NCBI GenBank assembly: GCA_951804945.1
Contig: OX638166.1
Coordinates: 38,750,001 to 38,814,000 of the forward strand
Reading direction: 5' to 3'
From: Podarcis cretensis
Lineage: Eukaryota
DNA: 64,000 bases
A program made the position numbers and the translations under genes. Position 1 is the stretch's first letter. Every line of letters begins with the position of its first letter. The notes beneath the pieces were generated by a model that saw only the letters and a program-made list of their open reading frames with translations, searched no databases and had not been told where the DNA came from. Below, one piece after another: positions 37,206 through 50,069 of the stretch.

Positions 37206-37512
37206 CATTTTGGTAAGCGTGGAGAGTTCACCTGGCTTTGGGAAGATCTTCTGGAGATGCAGAAGGAGTCCGTAAGGCCATTCTGAATGGTAACATACAT
37301 GCTTTGCATACAAAATGTTCCAGGTTCAATCCCAGACATCTCCATGTACAGCTGGTTAACACTTGTGACTGAAATTCTAGCAAGACAAAGATTACTCAAG
37401 TAGGATGGGAAGTCTCTTGACAACATGCCCACCCCAAATAATGGTCCTCCATGTGGTTGTTTCCTGTCTGCATAGTGTTCTGGCAAGCTGGGGTGGATCT
37501 TGCTTCTAGCAC

Positions 37513-37700
37513 CTATGACTGTAGTTCAGTGGTAGAGCATCTGCTTTCCATGCAGAAGGTCCCGGGTTCAATTCCCAGCATCTCCAGGTAAGACTGGGAA
37601 TGTCGTCAATCTCAATATCTGGAGAGCCTCTGCCAGTCAGTGTAGGCAATACTGAGCTAGATAGACTAATGGTCTGACTTGGTATAAGGCTGCTTCTTGT
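37513..37700 (+). mobile_element. tRNA-derived SINE (Squam3-like); a more decayed copy lies at about 37270-37390
   Basis: tRNA-like head with A/B boxes (tagttcagtgg ... ggttcaattcc) followed by a non-tRNA body (ggagagcctctgccagtcagtgtag...aatggtctgacttggtataaggc). Confidence 0.75.
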
Positions 37701-37820
37701 GCCAGTTTTCACCACTAATTTTATTTGCTGGAAACTGGGTGTGTAGATTCCAACGTGAGAGGGAAGCAGCTCTCTTGATTTTGGCAGTTTCGGGAAGGCA
37801 AGGTGACATCTCTAGTTATG

Positions 37821-38389
37821 TGTCAGAGGTAGCCAACAATAAATCACACAGAATATGTGAAGTTAACTCTTCATTAGAAGATACAAGGTCTGCTCAGGGG
37901 AGCCAGGCCTAATGAGCACAACAATTCTTGGTAGGTATTGCCCCTTATGGAGGCTGAAGATCCACACCTTCCCACAGCTGTCTAAATCTCGTCCTTTCCA
38001 AACAATCTGAGACTATGCCAACACACCTGTCTCTGCTCCTCTCCCTTCATCCCTCTTCTGGTCCTGGGCAACCAGGGGGATAGGTAGCTTGTTGCAGCAG
38101 GCAGCAGGGAGACATCCTAGCTTCTTCGCCAGCCTGTCTCATCTCTGCCTCTTAGACTCCCTCCTCTCCTGCTTCACCTTCTGTTTCTGGACTTCTCTCT
38201 GACACAGACCCTCCCTGCTCACTAAAACCTGTTACCTTTTCAGCTTCTGACACCACCTACTTCCAGGCTTCACCCTCTGACCACTCATCGTCATCCCACC
38301 ACCATTCTCTGGGCTCTGAGCCTTCTTCCCTTGGTGGTTCCCCAGCCCGTGCCTTCAACCATTCCTCTGTGTCCAGCCAGTGCATGACA
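37821..38389 (-). mobile_element. Probable solo LTR
   Basis: TGTCA...TGACA termini, 569 bp; no clean TSD found. Confidence 0.4.
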
Positions 38390-39236
38390 TGCTTGTATTT
38401 TATGAGATCACTAGTCAGCATGCCATTTTGCATCCTGAGCAATCAAACCTCACTTCCTTTAACCAGGTTTGTACCACACATCGCTTTGGCAAAAATACCT
38501 TGGAGTTATGTCTGAAAAGGCAAGATGCTAAGAAACTGGCAATGCTTCTCATTTAACAGGTTGGGGCTTGAGTGTCCAACACAAACTCCCTGTCCTCCAC
38601 CCCACAATGCAATTTCCTGTCATCCTATTTCTATCCCTTCTGCTACATGAATCCTTGCCAGAAATTCCTCTGTGAACTCAGTGAACAATCTCAGAAGACC
38701 AGAATAACTTCTGAATCATTTATTCTGGGCACTGAATCTCAAAGTGGAGTGTTTTGTTATTTCCGAATACCTAACATTAATACATATTGCATCGCTACCT
38801 ATTGTTTGTTGCTTTGGTAGAGGATTAAGACTCCCAGATTTTGAAATGGGTGGTCTGGTAGTAAGAGGGTAAACGGGAATGGAGAAACTCTGGCTGTCCA
38901 GATCTTGTTGAACTGCATCTCCCATCATCTGTGGCCATTGACCATGTTGGTCCCAACATCACCTAGAAGGTCACTAACCCCAGCACTCCACCTGGAGAAA
39001 ATAACTTGGAGGCAGTTAATGAGTCAGCAGAATGCTGATGAAACCTCTTGAATGGTTTTATTATGTGAGAGGCAATGGCTTCTTGCCCACTCTTCCTTTC
39101 TGTCCTCTGAAAGTCTCTTTAAAATCTCCATGTCTATTCCTTTCTGTACCCTACTGCTTCATTTAGGGCAAAATTGAATGACGCTACTACTTTCATGCTT
39201 GTGGTCAGGAGGGAGGAAACAAGTTTGTCCAGTTTC

Positions 39237-39560
39237 ATGCGGGTGGCGCTGTGGGTTAAACCACAGAGCCTAGGGCTTGCCGATCAGAAGGTCAGCGGTT
39301 CAAATCCCAGTGTAGGGGTGAGCTCCCGTTGCTCGGTCCCTGCTCCTGCCAACCTAGCAGTTCAAAAGCACATCAAAGTGCAAGTTGATAAATAGGAACT
39401 GCTCCGGCGGGAAGGTGAACGGCGTTTCCGTGTGCTGCTCTGGTTCACCAGAAGCGGCTTAGTCATGCTGGCCACATGACCCGGAAGCTGTACGCCGGCT
39501 CCCTTGGCCAGTAAACCGAGATGAGCGCCGCAACCCCAGATTCGGCTACGACTGGACCTT
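39237..39560 (+). mobile_element. Sauria SINE with a 52-bp flanking direct repeat
   Basis: gcgggtggcgctgtgggttaaaccacagagcc...gcaagttgataaatagg...ggaccttt; exact repeats at 39185-39236 and 39561-39612. Confidence 0.9.
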
Positions 39561-40122
39561 TACTACTTTCATGCTTGTGGTCAGGAGGGAGGAAACAAGT
39601 TTGTCCAGTTTCTGTCTCCCCAGCAATAACAGCTGGGCCTAATGTACAGATTTCTCCTAAGAAAGGCAAAACTATCATTCAGAGGAAAGGAAGATGAGCA
39701 CCTTTCGGCAATCTGCTTGAACTTTTCAAAATGAAGTTACAGAGATCTGCACTGGAGAGGCAGCAGCCAATTTGCTGACTTTTTAACTAGTAGTGAAGCT
39801 ACAGCTGGGCTTAACAGCATGATGCCTATATCCTTAGGTTTTGTGAGTGGCAGGGGAAATGCTCTTGTCCTCTGTCCCCTTTGCCATAAGTTGGCAATGG
39901 GGATTATTGTTTCCTCCTCAAAAAAATGACACAAGAAAGCAAGTGGGAAGTGTGACTCTCCCACTTCGTCTTTTAGCTCTCTCTGCTTCTCAAGGCTCAG
40001 CTGAACAGAAAGTGGATGATGGGGGGGGGGGGGAGATAGGAGGAAAAGGGAAGGGAAATGGCCTGACTGAGGAGAAGGCAGGGGCAAGATAGTGGTATGT
40101 CATGAAAGGAGACAGAATAGAG

Positions 40123-40257
40123 CAGGCTTCCTCAACCTCGGCCATCCAGATGCTTTTGGCCTACAACTCCCATGATCCCTAGCTAGCAGACTAGTGGTCA
40201 GGGATGATGGGAGTTGTAGTCTCAAAACATCTGGAGGGCCGGGGTTGAAGCAGCCTG
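40123..40257. mobile_element. hAT MITE
   Basis: CAGGCT...AGCCTG ends, internally palindromic, perfect 8-bp TSD GAATAGAG (40115-40122 and 40258-40265). Confidence 0.85.
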
Positions 40258-40596
40258 GAATAGAGCAAGAATGAAGGATGAGTAGAGACAGAAAAAAGAG
40301 GGAGTGGTGTCAGATTGGGTGAGAGGCAAAGACAGTGAAGAACCAGAGAGAGAATTCATATGCGCACACGTTTACCTGAGTCAGATGCAGAATCCTCTTG
40401 AAATTATTCACAGGTTACTCCTTACCAACCCCCCCAAAACAGAACATGTTTTAACTGACTGAACTGTAAAAAATAATTGATTCAATGCTTTACACCACTG
40501 ACATGATACAAAAAATTGATGGTCATAGGCCCAAATAATATTTGCAAGATAGTCCCTCAAAGCCACCATTCTGTGATTTATTGGGTTTTTTTGTTA

Positions 40597-40972
40597 TGCA
40601 GGTGGCGCTGTGGGTTAAAGCCTCAGCGCCTAGGGCTTGCCGATCGAAAGGTCGGCGGTTCGAATCCCTGCGGCGGGGTGCGCTCCCGCTGCTCGGTCCC
40701 AGCGCCTGCCAACCTAGCAGTTCGAAAGCACCTCCGGGTGCAAGTAGATAAATAGGGACCGCTTACCAGCGGGAAGGTAAACGGCGTTTCCGTGTGCGGC
40801 TCTGGCTCTGGCTCTGGCTCTGGCCAGAGCAGCGATGTCACGCTGGCCACGTGACCCGGAAGTGTCTCCGGACAGCGCTGGCCCCTGGCCTCTTAAGTGA
40901 GATGGGCGCACAACCCCAGAGTCTGTCAAGGCTGGCCCGTACGGGCAGGGGTACCTTTACATTTACCTTTAC
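40597..40972 (+). mobile_element. Sauria SINE (CpG-rich, probably young)
   Basis: Sauria SINE head and core, internal (GGCTCT)4, ACCTTT-type tail. Confidence 0.9.
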
Positions 40973-41107
40973 ATAAAAATCATGAGGATCCATGCCTTGA
41001 ATCAGTGTTTTTCTGTTGCTGGCTAGCAGAAGATTAGTGTGGTGGTGTTTTACTGTGCAGTACACCAATGTAAGCTTTATTTCAGGAAGTTCCATTTTAA
41101 TCCTAAT

Positions 41108-41474
41108 GGGACGCAGGTGGCGCTGTGGTCTAAACCACTGAGCCTCTTGGACTTGCAGATCAGAAGGTTGGCGGTTGGAATCCTCACAATGGGGTGAGCT
41201 CCCGTTGCCCTATCCCAGCTGCCAACCTAGCCAGTTCGAAAGCATACCAGTGCAAGTAGATAAATAGTTACTGCTGTGGCGGGAAGGAAAACAACATTTC
41301 CGTGCATTCTGACTTCCATCACCGTGTCCTTTTGCGCCAGAAGCAGCTTAGTTGTGCTGGAAAAGCTGTCTGCGGACATACGCTGGCTCCCTCGGCCTGA
41401 AAGCGGTGATGAGTGACACACCCCATAGTCAAATTGGACTGGAATTAACTGTCCAGGGGTCCTTTATCTTTTTG
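41108..41474 (+). mobile_element. Sauria SINE
   Basis: gggacgcaggtggcgctgtgg...; flanked by the direct repeat CATTTTAATCCTA. Confidence 0.85.
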
Positions 41475-41864
41475 CATTTTAATCCTACTGGATGCAACCT
41501 TTACCCAGATCCTGTGAGAACACACACAACGTGCTCTTGCTCTTCTTTCCATCTGCTGGGGTGGGGGAAAGAAGCAACTGAAGAGGAAGTGATGCCCATG
41601 GCACTCTCAAAATCCCAAATGGGTCCCAAACAGTTGACAATCCTTGTGCCTCAGTATTGGCCATGATGTCTCTTTCCTGCTTACTCTGAGGCTGTTTTGC
41701 TAGTCGGGGGCAATACTCTTCCTGCTCAAGCAAAGGTAGTCAGATGCTGCAAAGTACAACTCCCATTACCCCTGACCATTGTCAGTACTAGTGAGGGCTG
41801 GGCTTTAGCCCAGTTTTAGTGTAGGCTATCCATATGCCAAAGTCTTCACTGTTTACTTCTTGCA

Positions 41865-42160
41865 CTTGACAATCGGAAGGTCGGCGGTTCGAGGCCCTGC
41901 AACAGGGTGAGCTCCCGTTGCTCTGTCCCAGTTTGAAAGCATGCAGTGCAAGTAGATAAATAGGTACCACTCCGGCGGGAAGGTAAATGGCATTTCTGTG
42001 TGCCGCTCTGGCTTTGCCAGAAGCGGCTTAGTCATGCTGGCCACATGACCCGGAAAAGCTGTCTGCAGAAGTGGACAAACGGCTCCCTTGGCCTGTAAAG
42101 CGAGATGAGCGCCGCAACCCCAGAGTTGTTCACAACTGGACTTAACTGGACTTAACCTTT
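41865..42160 (+). mobile_element. Sauria SINE, 5'-truncated
   Basis: Core gtgcaagtagataaataggtacc; tail ggacttaacctt. Confidence 0.8.
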
Positions 42161-43472
42161 AGTCTTGCTTCAGTTTTCCTTCCCATCATTCTTGGACAGT
42201 TTGCTCTTCCAATCTTCATATGATACTTTCTTTAGTCCAGATTCAGGTAGGCAGCCATGTTGGTCTGACTTTAGTCCAAATAGCCTCATGCTGTCTGCTC
42301 TGGCAGCAGCTGCTCTCCAGCGCCTCCGGCCAAGGTCCTTCCTTCCCTGTCATGTTACCTTATTTGGCTGAAGATGCTGGGATTGAACCTGGGCTCTCTG
42401 TATACAAGGCATGTGCTCAGATCAGTTGGTTGGATAAAAATCATGTGAATAAGTAACAGAATGAATGCTTCCTCCAAATCATCCGGCACAATGGACATTG
42501 AACTCTTCCAGCCTAGCACTTCTCCCTGACTCCCCCAGGCCTGCTGCCTTCTCAGTACTCTGTCTCTTCCCCCACCCCTTTATGAAAAAATTATTAAGAG
42601 ATTCCCATAATACAGTAAAATTACAGCTACAAAAAAAAAAAAAGTTGAATGCAAAGTTTTAAAAAGTAATTCTTAGCTCTTACCACCCACAGTGGACACT
42701 CGCTCCTCCCAGGTCTCACCTGGGTCTTTATCCTCCCAGCCTCTCACCCTGGGAGACCAACCTTTCCCTTTCTCTCACATGGGGTCCTCCATCAACCATC
42801 TACCACCCCTATGAGTATACAATCTCTGGGTGTTAATAAGGGCCCCAAACATAGGACTCTGAAGAAAGAAGAAAACCAAAAGGAGGCAGGGAGACAAAAA
42901 GATACTGAAAAGAAAACTGATTTTCCATCTGCTGGTTACATTAAAAAATATGATCATTCAGCCCATGCTAACATCCATCTTCTCCACTTTCAGTTAAACA
43001 ATATTTATTTTAAGTCAAGGTATCTAATTTATTTTCTTTTTCCCGTGAAAAGACAGATTCCCTAATTGTTATTATTGATAAATGTCAACCATTTTTTAAA
43101 ACTTTACTTCTGTTAATTCCCACCACCATTACTCCATACTGAATGATAATAAGTTCTTCTGTCCATGTCCATCTTAAAGTCTCCCCACTGTGCTCACACA
43201 CTGGGCCAATATTCCATATTCCTCCCCCCTCACTAAACATGCATTAGGTCGTGTCCAGTTCCATACGTTCAATTCCATTTCCTGTTGTATTTTAATTTCC
43301 TGTTGCGTTTACAATAGTATCCTAATCTTATCATCTATGACCTTCCATTTGCTTTTTCTCCAGAAAGAGTACCATAATTTTAATAGCATCATTCTCTAAA
43401 TTCGCTCCAGTTCATATGCAGAATATTATCTCCTTGTTAGAACTGAAGGAAGGCCAGGACTAAAGTTTTCCT

Positions 43473-44595
43473 TTTTTTTAAAAAAATATTTTTTATTAAC
43501 TGGCCAATCACATCAAATTAAATCACATCATATAAATTCCGAATTACAAAGCCAAATTTTTAAATTTTGTTTGTTGGGGGAACCCATACTTCAAGATCCA
43601 AAGGGGAATTCAGATCATCTTCTTATTACTGCGTTAATGTCCAAATCAGTCCCAATCAGTCCAAACAAAGTTCGTAATTCTATCCAGTCTTATCTTGGTG
43701 TTGCCACATCATATCTTGTTCGTATAATTTCTCTTTTTCCTTTACGATCTCTTCTGTTAGTCTCCTTAAGCCGATAGCAAGTGTAATAATCCTGTGTGGA
43801 TTTCCCGTTCCTCCACTAAGTCCAGATGGTTTCCATATATCTCCTTCGTAGATAACATCACTTTATCCATCGTAAATTTTGGCATTTGTCGCTCTTAAGT
43901 CCCACCGAGGAGTTGATTCACGATATGTAAACAACTCTATTTCTCTCTTTCTCCTCCCAGACCCAAGAGCTCCCACAATGCCTCACAAAATGGCTAACGG
44001 CATTTTTTCCTGACTGCGTCACTCCAAAACTCTTAGCTTTCCAGCTTCATCTTGAAACATTGCTTTGGATCAAAAGTTTATCTCCACACAGCCTTAAATC
44101 CACAGCTTAAGTCCTTAATTTCTGACTCATTAGGGGAGGGGGATTCTTGTTAAATCACATAAAAAGGTAGAGGCAGGTTTTTCCCCCCCTCCCCCCTCAG
44201 TCATTACCGTATCTTGACGTTCTTCTCGTATTTTATTGTTGTCTTGTTATCAGAGATCTCTTCTGTCAGCAGTATTTACTCCCCTTTTTCCTTGATGTAT
44301 GTGCAATTAATCATGTCCAAATTATTTCTTTTAAAGATCATTGCAACCAGCGGCGCGAATCGGGGACGGCGTCGAGGAGTGCCGAAAATCCCACAGGAGG
44401 GCTTTGTGCCTAGTGCCCCCACCCCCACAAATTCGGGGGTGGTATAGGGCACAGCAGGCAAGGGCCGTCCCCCCCATAATCCTGGGGGGGTTAATGAGGC
44501 TAATTACCCCCATCATAGCCTCCAAATTACCTCGTGTGGGTCGGAGAGATGTTATTGTCAGCCATCTTCCGATGCGCCACCTAGTGGCCCCCCCA
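43473..44595 (-). mobile_element. About 1.1-kb non-autonomous poly(A) retroelement nested in a decayed L1-like sequence
   Basis: 14-bp TSD ACTAAAGTTTTCCT at 43459-43472 and 44596-44609. On the minus strand it begins GGGGGGGCCACTAGG...AAGATGGC, has a GC/CpG-rich 5' part, and ends in AATAAA plus an A-rich tail. Confidence 0.7.
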
Positions 44596-46842
44596 ACTAA
44601 AGTTTTCCTAAAGTTTGTCCCCACCCCTCTCAACGCTACCAGTACCATATCTGAATAATTCATCTCACCATTTTTTATTTTATCTTCTCCTTCTCCAAAT
44701 CCTTGTATGGTAGTCATTTACATTTTTAAAATTTAACTATTTCATGATCCAGTGCTGCCACTTTTTCATCAATTTGGTCTGAATTATCTGAGTGTTCCCC
44801 ATTTCCATTTTCCATATCATATCTCTCTGGCTCATTTTCTTCATCAAACATTGATCTGATCATTATTAATTGTTCAGCCATCAACTATTGAACAATACCA
44901 GCGGTCACTGGGAGATCCAAAAGTACCTTAACCATACTGGATACTTTTGATGTACTAGATATTATTAGCAACTAAATCCCCCTTAATATTTCCACAGCTG
45001 CAACTGTGTCTTATCTCAAAGCAAATTCCTTTCTCACAGCTAATGATGATCGCTTTACTTTCAGCTTTTCCAGTTCTCTAGTGGCAGGAAACAGAAAAAG
45101 GATTAAGGATTTTTCACATATAGGGGGTTCCTCTCGTCTGTTTAATCTTTCTTGTCAACCATAAATTGGGCTTTTCACTCTGCTTTAGACACTTTTAACA
45201 ATCAGTTTCCTTTCTGTTTTTCTCAATGACAGAAGGCAGTACTTTCAGACTGTAGATTTTCTGCAGCAGATGAAGTGGGGTTGGGGTCTGTTACAGTTTC
45301 CTTGTCCCAGAAGTGTTTTAAAAAGAGAGAGTGCAGTTATTTCTTACCTTTAAAAGGTGATTACTCAGCATTTGGGCAAATCTGGAGATAGTCTGGAGGA
45401 GCATCCTTTTTAATAAAAACCCTCTAATTTCTATTGGTTCTTAAACAAATACAAAAACCATTAAGCACTCATCCAGCAGTACATCTAACGGTGTTGGTGC
45501 TGTCCATTGACTCTAGACATAAACTTTTACATTCAACGTTCAAACGTATTACTTAATGTAACCTCTCCAACTGAAAATATTGAACTGTTTGTATAACGAG
45601 GTCTTGATATTTGTCATTAACAAGCTTAAAGAAAGGAGTGAGTCCTTTCTCTTGGAAGGTGTCTCTATTCGTTATGCCTTTAATTGCTCTCCTGTGTCTG
45701 GTGACAGACATTGCTATATCTGGAGGGGCCTCCTTGGTGTCTCCATAGTTGGATTCTGATGTGTTTAACCAGATTCAAATCCTTATTCAGCTATGTTGTT
45801 CACAGGGTGACCTTTATCAAATTGCTATTTTGGAGTCCAACCTACCACCCAGGTCTGTTGTGAGGTTAAAATTAGAGAATCCTACGTATGTTGCCTGGAG
45901 TTCCTTCCAGGAAGGGTGGGAAGCAAATGCTATAAAGGATGTCCGAGACACAGAACATCCTGCTTAGTTTTCCTAGGCTGGCTTTTGAGAACTCTTGGGG
46001 AAGTTAGTACCTCATTATTGAGAAACATTTGTTATTTTTAAGCAGAGCTCAAGTCAAAACAAGTAATGCTTGGATGCAGAACAGAGTGTGGCTGTAACTA
46101 GCCATTTATGATATATGAGAGTGAGAAAGCCTGTGTATCAGCCTGCCTTGTAATTTGCCACTTGGATGAGAAGCACTTGCCCATAGCCAAACCACCTACA
46201 TGCTAAGCATAGCAAAGCCCTCTTTAATTGAGGAGGGGGAGCAACTGTGTGAGCTTCACATATGGCTTGAATTTGTTCTCTCTCTGCCTCAAAGGCATAT
46301 TGTACCTTCATGGTTATAGGCTAACAGTGCAGCATCAAAAGCAGCTGTAATAGAGGAACGCACATCTTTAGCACCACCAGAGGTGCTCACGACCTCTAAG
46401 GAAGGATGCAGCAGCAATACGTTTGTGGCTGTTTTTGGAGAGCCACCTAGCGTGGTTCAGCGCAGCATTCTTCCCTTAAAAAAAGGTTTATATTGAAGAC
46501 TTTGTGTTACAAAATAAACAAATAAGGGAAAATACATATAGCGTCTCCACTTTCAATTCATAGTCTTTTCCAAAACTTAATGTTCAGTATGAGACACTAA
46601 TGTCATGGACATATTATGGTTGTGGAGAAGAAAGTGGGCGAAGAAATGGGGGGTGTTGTTCTATTGCTTAGACTGCATCTGTTTACATTTCCCCCTCTTG
46701 GCAGCTCTTAAGTTGGTCCAGTGGCCCTTTTGTGGAGGCAGAGTACCCAGGAATTTGGAGGGGGGGATGAGAAGTGGCAGAACAGGATGAAACACATTCA
46801 AAGATGGAATCCTGCATCTTTGGCATGGAGTCACATTGAATT

Positions 46843-47470
46843 CAAGTCAAGTCAAGTAACCTTTATTGGCATCCCATAAGAACATTCAGAATACATTTAA
46901 AATAGCTAGGCCAGTGCGATCTCGTCGCCACCCCAACAGCACAGTCACTCGCCAAAGGGCAGAAGAGGCAAGCAATCTGCCTCATCTCTGTGGGTTTCCA
47001 GCAATCCTGTAGCATACTTTGGCGACAAAAAATCAAATAGAGGAACTTAGCTACTGTCTTGGTGAGCTCCTGGTCTCTCCCCTGTAATAAGAAGCGCATG
47101 ACCTCCGTCTCTGGTTTCCATGTTGGAATACATAGATGGTCTAGAAATTGTTGGCGGAGATCATCATACATTTTACAGTTAAGGGCCATGTGAGCTAGAG
47201 TTTCCACCAGGTGGGCATCGCATGGGCAGATCCTATCTCCTTCTGCCAAACCTGCAAACCTGCCCCAAAGGAGGTTAGAAGGATTAGAATTGAACTTGGC
47301 CAGTGAAAAGGCCCTTCTTTCTTGTAGATTAAACAAAAATTGTAAGTAATTAAGATTAAATTCCTGCGCCCAAGAGAGTCGAAAATAAAAAGGAGGGCAT
47401 GTTTTTTCCGCAGCTGAGATTAGTTCCTGGCGATCTATGTCCCACAGCCTAGTTTTTAACATGGTCTTTG
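46843..47470 (-). mobile_element. LINE 3' fragment, RTE-X-like, with Cys/His knuckle
   Basis: Open frame ...RICPCDAHLVETLAHMALNCKMYDDLR...; minus-strand AATAAA followed by a (CTTGA)n tail. Confidence 0.7.
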
Positions 47471-48628
47471 GCAAACTGGGAAAGCCACAGCGCCCAGGAT
47501 ATCCTCTGAAACCCGAGTTCCTGTATCTTTGTGCAAAACAGTTGTAGCCCTGGGGAAAGGAAGGAGTCAGACAGAATGCTAAACACATTTAAAGATGGAA
47601 TCCTGCATCATAGGCATGGAGTCACATTGAATTGAATGTGACTTACTTAGGAGACATGTATAGGATTGTTTGCATCCAGCACAGCTCTGTCCTGAGCATG
47701 AAGTGCCAGTTCTAAACAAGTCTCACATGCTGGATGTGAAGGGTAGAAAGAAGAATGTGCGTGTGTGTTTGTGTGTGTGTGTGTCAGAAGGATGACTTTC
47801 TACTCTTTCCCCTGTTGCCCTTTTGGAAGTCCATGATGAAGACTTGTCATCCACCACCCCATGAGATCTTTCAGCAATCTTTGCTCTGGTGTCCCGTTTT
47901 CCCTTTGCCACAGAAGCAACGTGAGGGTGGAAGCGGATCTAGCTAGACGGCGCACCCTCGTGAGACTTAAGCAGTCGAGGAATGCAATTATTTTGTCGCT
48001 GGAATTCAAAAGTATATTGGAATTTGAAGGGCAGCGCTTCCCCCATGTTCATGCACGTCCCCGTCCCCCCACTCCAGTCTGCTGGCCGAGGACAGAAACA
48101 CAAACATGTCTGCATCTTGCCTTCCCTTGCAAGATAGCCTCTGCCCCTAACTGGTCTGATCGTTCCGTTCCCAGTGAAGCAGCCATTCCTACGTCCTCAG
48201 ACGGTTCTGCTTGGGAAAACATATGTTGCTTCTTCATGAACCACGAAAAACACGAAGACAGTTGGGGCAGGCAAAATCTTTGAGTGCCAGTTCCTTCGTA
48301 GCCATCTTGAGGGCATGGAGTGCAAAGGCGCCCTCATGGAGAACAGCTTCATGGGGCCGACACCATCTTTTAAAGGGGCGAGGGGACAGATCCCTAGGCA
48401 GCTAAGGGAGGTGCTTGCTTCGCCACTCGCGGGAGGCCAAGTAGGAATGGCAGCTGTGGGGATGGTCGCCAGGGAAAGCACCCTGCGCTGATGACTCAAG
48501 GCCCTCTTTTGAACATTTTGGGTGGTCTGAGGGCAAGTTGAAGCGTGAGGGGAAAGCTGGCTTTGCCCACCTCACTGGCCCATGTGAAACATGACTTTCC
48601 TCATGGTGGCAGTCTGAGGGAAAAGCGG

Positions 48629-48656
48629 GATGATGATGATGATGATGATAATGATG

Positions 48657-48698
<42 letters not shown>
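48629..48698. repeat. (GAT)n(AAT)n microsatellite
   Basis: Read directly. Other tracts: (AAT)n at about 56305-56353 and (GTT)n at about 58240-58282. Confidence 0.95.
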
Positions 48699-50069
48699 TC
48701 TAACTCAAAATATCAAACCCCGGTGACTAAGAGCAGGAATATGACGCTTGGTGCAGATCTTACTTTTTGAGAATAAGCATAAAAACGCTATGTGGTATTT
48801 TGTTTCTAGTAGGCATTTTATATGTGGTCCCCCCAACCCCACTCTGGCTGCTCTTTCTAAATAATGTTTAACATACACACAAACCTGAGCCCTTTGAATG
48901 TGTTGAGCTGGCAACTGAAAAAATAAGTTCAATCGTACCAGCACCCTAAAACCAGGTGACTGTAAAATTTGTGTGAATTTTCTCTTAATAAATCATTTCT
49001 GCCCCTCCACTATTTATTCCATTCTAGGTATGAACACAGGTATTTCTTTATCTAAACATGCACACCTAGAAAAAGATTGACAAGAATTGCACAAGAGCAG
49101 ATACAGTATTATAAACATATTTCACAGTGTGGGGAAACGAGGATTGTGCTTTGGGTGGGGGAGGACAAGGGAACATCAAATCCCACCCATCTATGGGTTC
49201 CAGATATAATAAAGGACCAGAATACAGCAGCTGCATTTACTTTATGAAGATCACCAGAGTACTCAAAGCTTAAGCCCACCTGAGCTAACTCTGTTTCCCT
49301 TCAACATTACCCCACTTCCAGGTCCCAAATTCTGTTGCTTAAAGATAGTCACAATACATGTATCAGCCATTTTTTTAAAAAGGATCTTGTGCAAGTTTGC
49401 TCTTATGCAAGACCTCTATCAAAATATTGCCCCTGCTCCAGTGACGAGGTTCCTTTGACCAGCCATTTACTTTCCAAGAAAGAAGCCGGAGCAGAATGAG
49501 TGCAAGTTTTCACAGCCTTTATTGGGGTTCATGGCTCTCATAGCCACCACTCCAGCCAGCCTCCACAACAGCCTGGTTGTGGCAAGTGGCCGCTGAGTTG
49601 CAGATATCAGTCTGGACATTCCACTTGTGCACCAGCAGTAAAAAGGCTAGGTTATGATCCTCAGCTGAGCAGCAAAACAGAGCAAAGGGGGTAGTGATAG
49701 AAGCCAGCCACATGACAAACTGCCCACTAAAACTAAGGAGCTTCAACATCAGTGACTGCAGATGTATAACATGTTATACTTACTGGATTTTGTGTGCTAA
49801 GGAGCAATCGATATTAAATGGGGTGGGGAGCATGGGCTACTTTTCTGATGATTTCACCTTGATACACTAAAAACTTGCATGCATGAGTAGCACCAGAGCT
49901 TTTTTCTGTCTGGAACTCAGTTCTGGCACTGCTAGAAAAATAGCACTGAGTAGCACTCATTCCACAAACTCATCTGGAAGTGCCCCTTAGCGGCTAACAC
50001 TGATATGGGGAGTAGGAGAATTCCATTAATGAACAAGTACAGCTAAAGCATGCTCGTTCTACAGTACCA

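Noticed and set aside
37513-37585. tRNA-Ala-like sequence
   Set aside because: The acceptor stem is degenerate, there is no T-run terminator, and it continues into a SINE body, so it is a SINE head.
46863-47588. 241-aa ORF as a host gene
   Set aside because: It is a LINE ORF2 C-terminus with a tandem-repeat tail.
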